DNA from: Rhynchobatus australiae
Lineage: Eukaryota
Length of the DNA: 64,000 bases
Reading direction: 5' to 3'
NCBI GenBank assembly: GCA_034780895.1
Contig: JAUZTB010000001.1
Location: 64,872,976-64,936,975, forward strand
The notes below the pieces were generated by a model. It was not told where the DNA came from, did not search any database, and worked only from the letters and a program-made list of their open reading frames with translations. Positions 27,036 through 38,067 of the stretch are shown here, piece by piece (position 1 is the stretch's first letter; every line of letters begins with the position of its first letter). A program made the translations under genes and the position numbers.

Positions 27036-28051
27036 ATTGATGGTGCTTAATTCGCAGAGGACCTTGGAGGTGTTCTCAGCCGCTGCTCCCGTTGTCCTTT
27101 TAGTTAATGGGGGTGTTGAATACAGCGGAGAACAGAACCTTCGACCCATCCTGTCTTGCACCAACCGTGATGCCGATCTAAACTAGCCCTACCTGCCAGC
27201 ACACGATCCGTACGCTTCTATTCCTTGCCTGTTTAAACGCCTCTATTGCTAATTATATCCTGAGTATTGGCCTGCATAGGGGAAAAGCTTTGTGAGTTGT
27301 TGCATCATGTAGCTAATCTCTACTGTGGCATCTGTGTGTCAGTGGTGGGAAGCACGAAGACCTAAGGGCCCTTTGACTTGGCTTGTTCCAACCTTCACGA
27401 GTATTGGGGCATGCAGACCATATTCCGCCCCACCTACCCTCTGCCTTGCAGGCAGTATAAGGCTCCGGGACGCAGAAGGTGAGCCACTCACCTCAGAACA
27501 CACAGCTTCCACCGCCACAGCATCCATGTGTCTTGGCCCATGAAATTCTCGTTTTGGTACTTTGAAACCAGTCAATTTTTACCTATTTTCTGGTGAACGT
27601 TGTTGTTCAAGCTGGTCCAATTTCTCGCCGTTTCTGCAACAGTTCTTCCTTTTACTTATGTTGCTTCTAGTTTTGGTGACGGGATGCCCCAGTGTGGAAA
27701 CTCTTTGCAGTCTGTCTACCAAAAAGCAAGGGTGGAGCGATGGGGATGGATATGCTGAGGGGGAGCTGCTGCTGGAATCTGCGAGGTACTATGATGTCTC
27801 CTTTACTGAGGCGACAATTGCCACGCAATGGCGATCCGTTTGGTTTCGACACAAATTGGAGCTCACTTTTCTTTTTGTGCATTAGCCACGTGCTGCGTGC
27901 AGACCCAACGCTCATTTGGATCATTTGAAGCATTCATAAAATTGGACATCAGAAGTAGTGGTGTCGCGGTTTGCAAGGGAACCCATGCGTTAAAATAGGA
28001 CCTGTGCACTTCCCATCATTGATGTACTGAGCGCGGGAAAAGCAAATCAGT

Positions 28052-28202
28052 GGAGACACAAAGACTGCAGACGCTGTAATCTGGAGCAACAAACGCATTT
28101 CTGGAGGAACTCAGCGGGTCGAGCAACATCTGTAGGGGGAAGGACCTGATGCAGCCTCCACAGATGCTGCCTGAACCGCTGAGTTCCTCCAGCAGCTCGT
28201 TT
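28052..28202. mobile_element. Fold-back Penelope-like terminal element
   Basis: CTGGAGGAACTCAGCGG..CCGCTGAGTTCCTCCAG inverted arms. Confidence 0.7.
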
Positions 28203-28439
28203 AAAAAAAAACAAATCAGTGCCGTAAGTTCCTTCCTAAAGTAGAGCGCCAGGAAGGGATGCAGTGGAGGCCAGGAGATTGCAGTCAGGGAGGATGTGAT
28301 TGTGTCTGACTGACAGCTCTCACCACCCTCACCACCCGATGAACTAGCCCAATTTCAAGTTGCAGGTTGCGGGCTGATCAGAGGCAGCTCACGGGAATGC
28401 CCGCCTTGAAGAAGTCCTACAGCTCTCTCCGACCGGCTG

Positions 28440-28590
28440 CCATTTGTCTCCGTTGCCTGCTCGCCCTCAGTGCTTTCCAATTCCCCTCAATTCTGATGAA
28501 GGGTCCAGACCCGAAACGTTAGCCCTATTCCTCTCTCCACAGATGCTGCCTGGCCTGCTGAGTGTTTCCGGCATTTTCTGTTATTTATTT
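28440..28590 (+). mobile_element. Penelope-like 3' terminus with an intact minimal hammerhead core (28493-28520)
   Basis: CTGATGA-A-GGGTC-CA-GACCC-GAAAC-GTT followed by CTCTCCACAGATGCTGCCTGGCCTGCTGAGTGTTTCC. Confidence 0.7.
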
Positions 28591-29605
28591 TACAATTTAA
28601 TATAGTTTTCAAGAAAAGCTGCGATCAGCGCAGGGAGCACACTGATTAATTCTCCACTACCTTGCCCCTATGAAGCAAATACCATGTCATCCGTGGCTTC
28701 ATTGGCCGCCAGAAGCACGCGGGCTATGCTGAGGTTTCAGGTGTGGCAGGGCCGTGGTCGATCTCCCGATGGAGGCAAGCAGGCCGGAAAGACTGGCTGG
28801 CACTGTCCAACGTTGGGAAATCTGTTTCCGAGCACGATTCCCACGTGCGCAAGGGGTAATATTATTCAACCCCCGCCCTTGCCCAAAGAACCAAGACCAT
28901 TCTTAGGAAGAGAAAGCAAAAATAAATAACTCCCCGGCGAAAGACAGAAAAAAGTAAACGCCCACCGTCCTTTCCCCCCAATTTAATTACACCNNNNNNN
29001 NNNNNNNNNNNNNNNNNNNNNNNNNNNNNNNNNNNNNNNNNNNNNNNNNNNNNNNNNNNNNNNNNNNNNNNNNNNNNNNNNNNNNNNNNNNNNNNNNNNN
29101 NNNNNNNNNNNNNNNNNNNNNNNNNNNNNNNNNNNNNNNNNNNNNNNNNNNNNNNNNNNNNNNNNNNNNNNNNNNNNNNNNNNNNNNNNNNNNNNNNNNN
29201 NNNNNNNNNNNNNNNNNNNNNNNNNNNNNNNNNNNNNNNNNNNNNNNNNNNNNNNNNNNNNNNNNNNNNNNNNNNNNNNNNNNNNNNNNNNNNNNNNNNN
29301 NNNNNNNNNNNNNNNNNNNNNNNNNNNNNNNNNNNNNNNNNNNNNNNNNNNNNNNNNNNNNNNNNNNNNNNNNNNNNNNNNNNNNNNNNNNNNNNNNNNN
29401 NNNNNNNNNNNNNNNNNNNNNNNNNNNNNNNNNNNNNNNNNNNNNNNNNNNNNNNNNNNNNNNNNNNNNNNNNNNNNNNNNNNNNNNNNNNNNNNNNNNN
29501 NNNNNNNNNNNNNNNNNNNNNNNNNNNNNNNNNNNNNNNNNNNNNNNNNNNNNNNNNNNNNCCTAACAATCCCCGGCGATGCTAACCGCAGACATTCATA
29601 GACGC

Positions 29606-29606
<1 letters not shown>

Positions 29607-29640
<34 letters not shown>
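29607..29640. repeat. (CA)n microsatellite
   Basis: Seen directly. Confidence 0.95.
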
Positions 29641-29642
<2 letters not shown>

Positions 29643-30559
29643 TGCACAGTCTTCTTTGCCTAAAACATATACATATATAGGTGCAAGTACACCGATGTGC
29701 AAAACGACACTCAGGCCGAAGTATGCACAGGATTCTTATGCATACCCGCAAAAGCATTCAAGTACAGCAGTCTTCTTGAGCGCAAATACATACAGAGATA
29801 TGCAGGCAGCTACGAACACTTTTCACCAGCAGATACATCCAGGGCAAATTTACAGTCACAAATAATCATATTTTGATACGTAGATATACCCATTTATAAA
29901 GATGAACAGAAACGTATTCCATCATACACCTGGATATTTGAGGTATATCAAACGATACCTACACTCAATTGCACAGGAATCTACTTCGAACCCTATTAAG
30001 GCAAAAGGGCCAACGTGTATATGTGCAAACTGGCACCTTAGATGTTCAGACTCAGATACGTGCAGGTGCACAACTTTGGCAAGAAAACACATGAAGGTAA
30101 AATGATGTGTCAAAACAGAACACTGCTCGGGAAATTAATTGGTAGATTTAATGTATTTGTACCAGGAAGGTGGTCATTTGCTTGAGTTGGTTATTTGCTT
30201 GGTCCTCTGACTGCAGTCTCCGTGATTAAGGGGGTGATTTTATTCTCCTTTTAATATGTATATTTAATTTAATTTAATTCTGCAGCTAACTTTTCTTAAC
30301 CTTGCAGTTTTAAGTTGCAGTGATGTCGAGTGGTAAACAAGTAACCAGGCATCAACTAGAACTGATTCATCAAAGTCAGGTGACTGGAAAGAACGATATC
30401 TGGGAAAGTGAATCTATGGTCCAGTTAAAAGCACAACATGTTTTTACCACAGCATCCATTGAGTGCAGTCTGCACAGCGTGTGAGGTTTGGTAAATAAGG
30501 GACTTGGATGAGGTCAACCCGATAGTGATGGAATGAATAATTAGATAAATATGTTAAGA

Positions 30560-32185
30560 CAGGGAGGGCAGGTGATGTGTTGGGACTCATGGAGTCCGAG
30601 GTGAGCACATCTGTAGTGTGTGTCTGCAGCTCGAGGAACTTTGGCTGAGAATTGATGAGCTGGAGTCTGAGATTCAGACGCTGAGATGGATCAGGGAGCG
30701 GGCGAGTTACCTGGATAATTTGTTCTAGGAGACAGTTGCACCCCCTAGATGAAAAACAGTTGAATTGGCCAGACGAGAGGGACTGGGGAGCATGTTTCCA
30801 AGTAGGCAAATATAGGGACCCATGGCATGGTGCATCAGAAGCCTTCGTCTATCCATTGGTATAGGATTCTTGCTGCCTATGTGAATGAGAGCAGAGATTG
30901 CACGGTGCTGAGCAAACTGACGGCAAGAAGGGAGCATTCAGGTTGGGAAGAGAAAAGGAATGCAATGACAATAGGAGATGGTATAATTAGTGCTATAGAT
31001 AGAGTTCGCTGCAACCATGACTATGAATGCCAAAGGCTGCCTTTCCTGCCTGGTGCAAGGGTTCAATTTCCGATGGAGAGGAACTCAAAGTGAGAGGGGA
31101 AAGATCAAATTGTCATGATTCATGTGGGAACAAGTGATGTAGATGGGATAGAGAAGAGGGTTCTGCTGAAGGAATGTGACTGGCTATGATCCAAATTAAA
31201 AAGCAAAACAACAACGGCAATGATATCTGGCCTGCTACGGGAGCCATGTGTACATGTCATCGGGTAGATAAGATTAGAGAATTTAATGTGGCTCAAAGAT
31301 TGGTGTGGGAGAAATACGTTTCTTTTCATGGGGCACAGAGCAAGAGGGAGCAATTCTGCTGGGACCAGAGACGCAGTGAACTGAATAATTAGGATGGTAG
31401 ATGAGACTTGAAACCAAATAGTAGGAGGGAGGAAGCATGTTCTAGTCAGGGAAAATTTAGGAAGTTAAGGGAAAAAGACAATATAATTAGTTATCAAAAC
31501 GGGTAAGACTAGATTAACAACGGACTGCAGATGCTGGAATCTAGGTGAAAAACACGATGATGCTGGAGGAACTCAGCAGGCCAGGCAGTTTCGGGTTTCG
31601 AAACGTTTACCGCCTGCTTTTCTCCGCGGGTGCTGCCTGGCCTCCTGAGTTCCTCCAGCATCATCGTGTTTTTCGTTTTTAATCAAAATGGGTAATGGAA
31701 CGTAAAAAAGAACTATGAGAGTATGCCTCCAGTTAGAAGCAAAGCAGGGGAAAATGGTAAAAACACAAACATGAAAGCCCTTCACCTGAAATGTGTGTAG
31801 CATTCATAACAAGANNNNNNNNNNNNNNNNNATTCATAACAAGATGGAGGACTTAATGTCATAAATAAAGGTAAATGGAGACAATCTAATAGCCCACTAC
31901 AGAGACATTGTAACAAAGTGACTAAGGCTGGGAATTATACATTACAGAATGCTGAACTTTCAGAAGAGATAGCCAAAGTGAAAAGGAGACAGGGTAGCCC
32001 TGATATTAAGGAGTGGACTAACGCCAGTAGTAAGGACGGATCTTCACTCAGCGAGTTATGTCGAATCAGTTTAGATGAAGTTAGGACATAACAAGGGCCA
32101 AAAACAATAGTAAGTGCTGTGTACAGGCTCCAGACAGTAGCGGTAAGGTAGGGCACAGTGTGAATTAGGAAATTAGCGGTGCGTG
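30560..32185 (+). mobile_element. Decayed CR1 LINE 5' portion (ORF1 SGNH-esterase-like region and start of ORF2 endonuclease), interrupted by an insertion at 31517-31676
   Basis: TIGDGIISAIDR..LPGARV, MIHVGTSDV, then KALHLKC and VSAVYR remnants. Confidence 0.75.
31517..31676. mobile_element. Fold-back Penelope-like terminal element
   Basis: 42-bp inverted arms at 31547-31588 and 31633-31674 with one mismatch. Confidence 0.8.
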
Positions 32186-32249
32186 TGCTCTTCTGGATCA
32201 GTAGGCCGAGCAACCAATGAAGGTGCACGCACTTTTAGACGAAAAATCA

Positions 32250-32400
32250 AAAAGGAATTGCAGGTGCTGGAAATCTAAAACAGAAATAGAAAATGCTGGA
32301 AATACTCAGCAGGTCAGGCCGGATTTGTGGGAATAGAAACAGAGTCAACATTTCTCGTCGGAAACCCGGAAATGAAGGGTTGATACCCTTGATTTTTTCC
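32250..32400 (-). mobile_element. Penelope-like terminal fragment
   Basis: TGCAGGTGCTGGAAATCT..GAAAATGCTGGAAATACTCAGCAGGTCAGG. Confidence 0.6.
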
Positions 32401-33099
32401 GAGGTCTAAAAGGAGGTGTTGCCCTCTTATGGTCCTCATAGAACTTCCATTGCAGTTGATCGTCTGGGTAAATAAAATACTAACCATGGAATGACTGGTT
32501 GCATTAATAAGATTTCTNNNNNNNNNNNNNNNNNNNNNNNNNNNNNNNNNNNNNNNNNNNCACTGGCTTTCGGTTATTTTACAGTTCCCTATCGGTATTT
32601 TCATCATTATGTTTCTTGGTCACGAAAATCTTAGAAAGTGCGTGCAATTTTTCCTCCCGATTGAGAGCAATCAATGCTCCTTGAGTCGCAACTAGGTTGA
32701 CAGGAACAGGAGAGCCTGCACCGGGCGCCGGTGCATGTACGATTGACTAATCGCGACTGTCCATTGCTTCAGATCATAGAGGGCGCATTTTAAAAAAAAT
32801 ATAACTAAATTATCGAATACATTTTAATACAATCTTTGCCAACAATTCTTCCTCCAACAATTTAATGTAAGCGTTGCTGTTATTGTTGCGATTTAAGCTG
32901 TCCGCTCACTTTAACAACTTCAGGGGCAAACAATACTCCCTCGCATCCCACACCCATGGGTTCCTTTTGTACTTTGTCATATTTTTTTAAAAAATATGAA
33001 TAAATGTTTATTATTAGATTTAACATCGGTGACACCTGAGGCAAAATACAATCTAAAATACAAAATACAATACAATACAATCTACGAATATTGGAGTAA

Positions 33100-33265
33100 A
33101 GAAACAAAACTGCTGGAGGAACTCAGCGGGTCACGCAGCATCACTGGACACAGAAGGACGGTCGACGTTTCGGGTCGAGGCCCTGCATCAGGTCCTTTGC
33201 CTCCACAGATGCTGCTTGACCTGCTGCGTTCATCCAGATTCCAGCATCTGCAGTCTATTGTGTCC
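33100..33265 (-). mobile_element. Fold-back Penelope-like element with a hammerhead-like motif (33161-33194)
   Basis: Minus strand reads GGACCTGATGCAGGGCCTCGACCCGAAACGTCGACC between inverted termini. Confidence 0.7.
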
Positions 33266-33499
33266 GCCAGATTTAACCGAAGCTACATCAGTCGCAGAAA
33301 TGCATTTAGCTTAAAAATAAGACCCACCACTGGTTTTACAAGACCATTCAGAGTAAGGTAGAATAAAGGGCGAATAAGTGCGAATCCCCGATTAGGTCGG
33401 TTTTGACCCTAGGCATCTTGATTTTATTTGAAACATTTTGCAAAGATGTATTCATAATAATAAGAATCGAATTAGTTACATCTTTATTCGTACATGGGA

Positions 33500-33940
33500 G
33501 AATGGGCATCGCGATCAAGGCCAGTATTTTCTGGCTATCGTGACTTGTACTCGATCATACTTTGGGTTTTGTAGTGGCGAGTGTACGTTCTGTAGCAGTT
33601 TGGTACAGAGTCAACCTCATTGCTGGGGGTTTGGAGTCATGTGAAGGCTAGAACGATAAGAAAGACAAATTTCATTCCCTAAAGGATCTGGGTGAATGAA
33701 ATGGGTATTCACAATAATATTAAGTTTCGTGGTCATCATTACCGAGACTGGCCGTTTAATTCCAGTTTTCATTTCTTGTTTGGAATTTGAACTCATACCT
33801 CTGGACCAGAGTNNNNNNNNNNNNNNNNNNNNNNNNNNNNNNNNNNNNNNNNNNNNNNNNNNNNNNNNNNNNNNNNNNNNNNNNNNNNNNNNNNNNNNNN
33901 NNNNNNNNNNNNCCACTAACATAATCATCACGCTATCATG
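33500..33940 (-). mobile_element. tRNA-derived SINE (same family as 6595-6855), with an internal gap
   Basis: Shared body with 6595-6855. Confidence 0.5.
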
Positions 33941-34097
33941 ATCCCGGATAAGCTTCTGAGAGAATAATAGGAAATATGCCATCAGCACAAACAGCTTTCA
34001 TCTGAAGCGTGAATCGGATAGCAAATAATTTTTGAATAAAATACAGCGAGCTACTTATACAGTGAAAATAAACCCTAGAGATTGGAAGAAAAGTACC

Positions 34098-34103
34098 TTT
34101 ATT
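34098..34103 (-). promoter_or_regulatory. Candidate polyadenylation signal of the Fer2-like gene
   Basis: AATAAA on the minus strand ~420 nt after the stop codon. Confidence 0.45.
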
Positions 34104-34524
34104 TAGCTTAGTAAAAAAAACAGTTAATAGAGGTCAGCTGGTGGTCGTTCGGGGAACATCCTTTCGCTCTAAGTATCAGCTTCGGTGATTTGCAAGTGTT
34201 TATGTCTTGCAGCTCGGGGAACCCTTGGAAAGGAGATAGCTGGGAACTTAGACTAACTGTTATTTGTGCATTCACAACCTTCGACTCAATATGACTTAAG
34301 TGTCAACGGTGCAAATGAAAGGTAAACCTTAAGTGGTGGTTGCTTATCGCGTCTAGGGGGACAGAGAGAGGAGGCAGGCGCGGAGCCTGGTGAATCGCAC
34401 GGCCTCCAACACGGCGCTGCCGCGCAGGCGCAGTGGCGGCACGAAAGCGCTGAGAAGCAACAGCTGGTCCCCGGGCGTGACGTCACAGCAGGCCGCTGGC
34501 CCAGAACCAACTCACAAACAAGCA

Positions 34525-34562
34525 CTAATCCCACTTTATCCAAGAAAGACGGGCTGTCAGAT
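34525..34562 (-). CDS. Fer2: Fer2-like gene, coding exon 2 (DLTARLSWIKWD*)
   Basis: Acceptor gtttttgttcctttccag|AT CTG ACA GCC CGT CTT TCT TGG ATA AAG TGG GAT TAG. The phase matches exon 1 (577+38 = 615 nt, 204 aa) and restores the Fer2 C-terminal motif WNTSDLTARLSWI.W. Confidence 0.9.
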
Positions 34563-36399
34563 CTGGAAAGGAACAAAAACACGAAAGATAGATAGATGGC
34601 TTTAATTACATTTCAATTAGCATTTGTTTTACAAGCCAAGTAATTAATCCCTCATTTGTAAAGAGCAACTTAATTCATTATATTTATCCAAAGTAACAAT
34701 CAAATTGGTTAACTAAAGCCCAAGGTATAATTGCTGTCAGTGAAACCTTTTTATGGACTGCAGCGCTTCAGGAGTAAGGGTTTAGGCAGCTGGGATATAA
34801 AAAGAACGGCAATACAGCAATCTGCATTGAGTTGTCTGGCATCCTGCACACTGGCATTAAGTTTATATTGACCTGTTAACAAGTATGCGTCAAATATAAT
34901 AATCCTGTTTTGTTAGGAAGGCAGCCTGTTTCTCCAGGAGTCAAAGTTATCCTGGATGGGGCCAGTCATTCGCTTCACTTCCCCTGACAGATCTGTCAGA
35001 CTGTAAAGCTTGAATTAATGGAGAGTGCGTTTTTAATTTACTTTTAGCCATCAGTGCAGTACATAATTTGGGAATGAAATTTCGGACTGAATTGTGTCAA
35101 GGAGAGGAAGGGGCCTCATATTATTTGGGCTTTTGGCTGCCGTGTGAAGTTCGTATCTATTATTTAAAAAAACTGTAACCCACACAACCTCTTGGACATA
35201 ATTGTTAATAATTCTGACAATGAATTATTTGTGCTATGAGAGTCGGTGACTCTGGCTTCATGCGTAGTGCCTGGCCGGAGAGCAATGTGGCCTTGGCATA
35301 ATAGGATTTATTTTAATGATGCTTAGCCTCTCTCCAGGAGTACGTACTGCAGCCGCAGTCCCCACTCTTTTTTTTTCAAACCATTAATTTCAAGGACTAA
35401 AAATTGATGGCAGCGTGCCTGCAACTTCCCGCTGTGCGGGTCCCCCTGTGGGATGAACATTCGCGCCAGAGTTCTACAAGAGGAAAACCGTGCCGGTTAA
35501 CTCAGTCTTTGGTTGGTGTGATCCGTCTCACAAGTTGCGGAAGAAGCTAACTTTGCTCAAACTGGAGAGTTTCTCAGAACAGTACATCATATCAAACCCA
35601 TCAAATGTAACCCACGAAATACCCAGACTCCAAGATGAATGCTGGCACTGTCGGTGTCTTCAAATGGACACCAAGGCAGCCACTGAGCGCCAGGTTTCTT
35701 TCTGAAAACTTGCGCGACCGATCACTCCGACCGAAGACTCAACAATCAACTTATCATGTAGAGAATACGCAGTTGTAGCAACTTTATTCTAGGCAATGTG
35801 TCAGGCTGTACAATAGGACTGATTCGTCTCTCTGGAGGACGGGTGGAGTGGCGGAGGGAGATGGGGGGGGGAATTATCTTCAGCGAGGGAGATGTATCTA
35901 GATTATTTTTGACATTTAAAGTTATTTTGGAAAGAACCACTTAACATGATGATGGAAATGGATTCAATGGCGATTTTTCAAAAGGAGATTGGATTCATAC
36001 TAAAAAAAATGCAGGACTGCATGGAAAGAATAGGGAATTGCGACTGATTGTTTCTTTTTTGGAAGAGCTTACGCATCTCTCTCATTATGTGATCCCTCAT
36101 TGTTAACATTCTATGTAATTGATACAAATAGTAGGTAGCAGCAGAAAGCAGCCATTGTTGGCAAATTAGAGTTCTACCATGTCCACTCCACATTTAAATT
36201 GTTATTTAAATCATTCCTTCACAGTTAATTTTCTTTGATATCTGTTCATGGTAAGTGAGGAAACTGTGTGGTGCAGATGTAGCCCACCCATCGTCATGCC
36301 CACCGGAGCCCATCTGGTAATGTCCCCATGTACGCTTTTGTTATATCCATACTCTACTACTCCAACGCACACGGGCACACACTATCCCCCACAACATTC

Positions 36400-36605
36400 T
36401 GTAACTATATCCAAAACAACACGGGATTGTCCTAAAAAACAATCCTGTTCACTAATGTCTCTCAGGAAAGTAAATACTCGGTTGGACTATATGTGACTCA
36501 ACACCCACGGATGCGGTTGGCTTTAATCCCATTCGGTCCAAGAACAAATAAGGATGGACGATAAATGCCGACGTTGTCAGCTGTGTACGTCCCGTGAACG
36601 AATGA
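36400..36605 (+). mobile_element. SINE 3' fragment (same family as 6595-6855)
   Basis: GGATTGTCCTAAAAAAC..GTTCACTAATGTC..GGACTATATGTGACTC..ACCCAC. Confidence 0.5.
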
Positions 36606-36939
36606 GCAAGGAGAACTCCTTAAACCGTGCGGTTAGTGTTTTATTTCTGCGGTAATAGCGGTGAAATGGAAGGGGCGGGAGATGGGAGTGGGCACGCGGG
36701 ACATGTTCCTTCCATTTATTTTACAAAATAAAAAAACGTGGACAGAAATACAAAGTAGAATCAGGCTAGCATTACAGTTGATTTACATAAATGGCTGCAT
36801 TTTGTATTCAGGTTATTTGTGGTATATTCGTACTCTGTGAAGTATTTAAGTGATACTGTAAGAATCGTCACCACACATTTTCCCTGTATTTAAAGCCTCC
36901 CTTTGCTTGGCTCTTTCTTGCTCTCACATCTCCATCAAA

Positions 36940-37300
36940 AGCTCCTGGGTTGAAACCCCACTCCGGGTAGGGAAGAGATACAAGACCCTGGGCTAACACG
37001 CCAGCGCAACTTTGGTAAATCGATATACTGTGTTAAATATCGCCTTTCAGGTCAGATATTAATTGGAGGCACCTAGGCGGATACTTATCCAATCCGAGCA
37101 ATGGCGTTATCCCTAGTGTCCTGGCTAATATGTATCCCTAAATCGGTATCTCTCCGATAACCCGGTCCTTATTGCTGTTAGGAGGCCGTGTTTGTCGTGT
37201 GCATATTCGCTGCCCCGGTTCCCCCAAATGCTGCAGTGATTACACCTCACTTCAGTCGGCTGTGAAGTGCAGGGATTGCGTTGCTAAGTCTATCATAAAT
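36940..37300 (+). mobile_element. Deu-domain SINE inside the Fer2-like intron
   Basis: GGGTTGAAACCCCACTCC head; GTGTCCTGGCTAATATGTATCCCT..CAGTGATTACACCTC body. Confidence 0.6.
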
Positions 37301-37339
37301 CAGGTCCAGCCGTGGACGACGGCTCTGTGACTATGCCTA

Positions 37340-37625
37340 TGGCCGCGGCGCCGTCTGTGTGGAGTTGCGTGTTCTCCCGGGTGATCGTGTGGATTTTTCC
37401 TCGGGTGCTCCAGTTTCCTTCCATATCCCAATGATATGAGGATTGGTAGGTTAATTGGCCGCTGTAAATTGTCACAAGCGTGTAGGAGAATGGGGTAGAA
37501 TCTGGAGGGAATTGATGGGAATGTGGGGAAAATGGAATGGGATTAGTATAGGATTAATGTAAATGGGTGGTTGATGGTCTGTGCGTACTCGGTGGGCCGA
37601 ACGGCCTGTTTCCTTATTGTATCAA
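37340..37625 (+). mobile_element. V-SINE/HE1-like SINE inside the Fer2-like intron
   Basis: GTCTGTGTGGAGTTGCGTGTTCTCCC..GGGTGCTCCAGTTTCCT..GGTAGGTTAATTGGCCGCTGTAAATTG..GGGCCGAACGGCCTGTTTCC. Confidence 0.8.
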
Positions 37626-38067
37626 AAAAGCGGCACGGTACTGCTACATCTAGGGGTCCAACGCTAATTGGATACAGGGCTGTGAGGCCCATTAAATTCG
37701 GAGTAACACGGAAAAGAGCCCGGCTACCCCCGGTGAGCTGAACAGTTTGCGGAAACACCTTGCTTACCAACTGCTCTCGCTGCTGCAACTTTGCATCTTT
37801 GAAAAGCCAAATTGTTTAGCACTGAAGGAGAAAATAAAATTTTGCAACCAATACTCCAGGATTGTGTTACTCATTGAAAATATGCACTTTTATTTTTAAT
37901 CGTTGATCATTCACTGTACAACCCCATGCAGACAGGTCATGGGGGCCTTTTTGTATCAACAAAGGCTTGCTGCGGGATCAGGCGGATTGTTTCTTGCCAC
38001 TTNNNNAAAGACTTGCTAGTTTCAACTGCAGAAACGAATACTTTATTTAATAAAAGAATCGGCTCAC

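Noticed and set aside
28862-29702. Long ORFs spanning N runs (also near 46.8, 52.5, 55.5 and 56.4 kb)
   Set aside because: Their length comes from gap characters.
37937-38067. C-terminal extension GEPILLL.. of the 235-aa ORF
   Set aside because: Intron read-through past a canonical donor; the true C-terminus is at 34525-34562.
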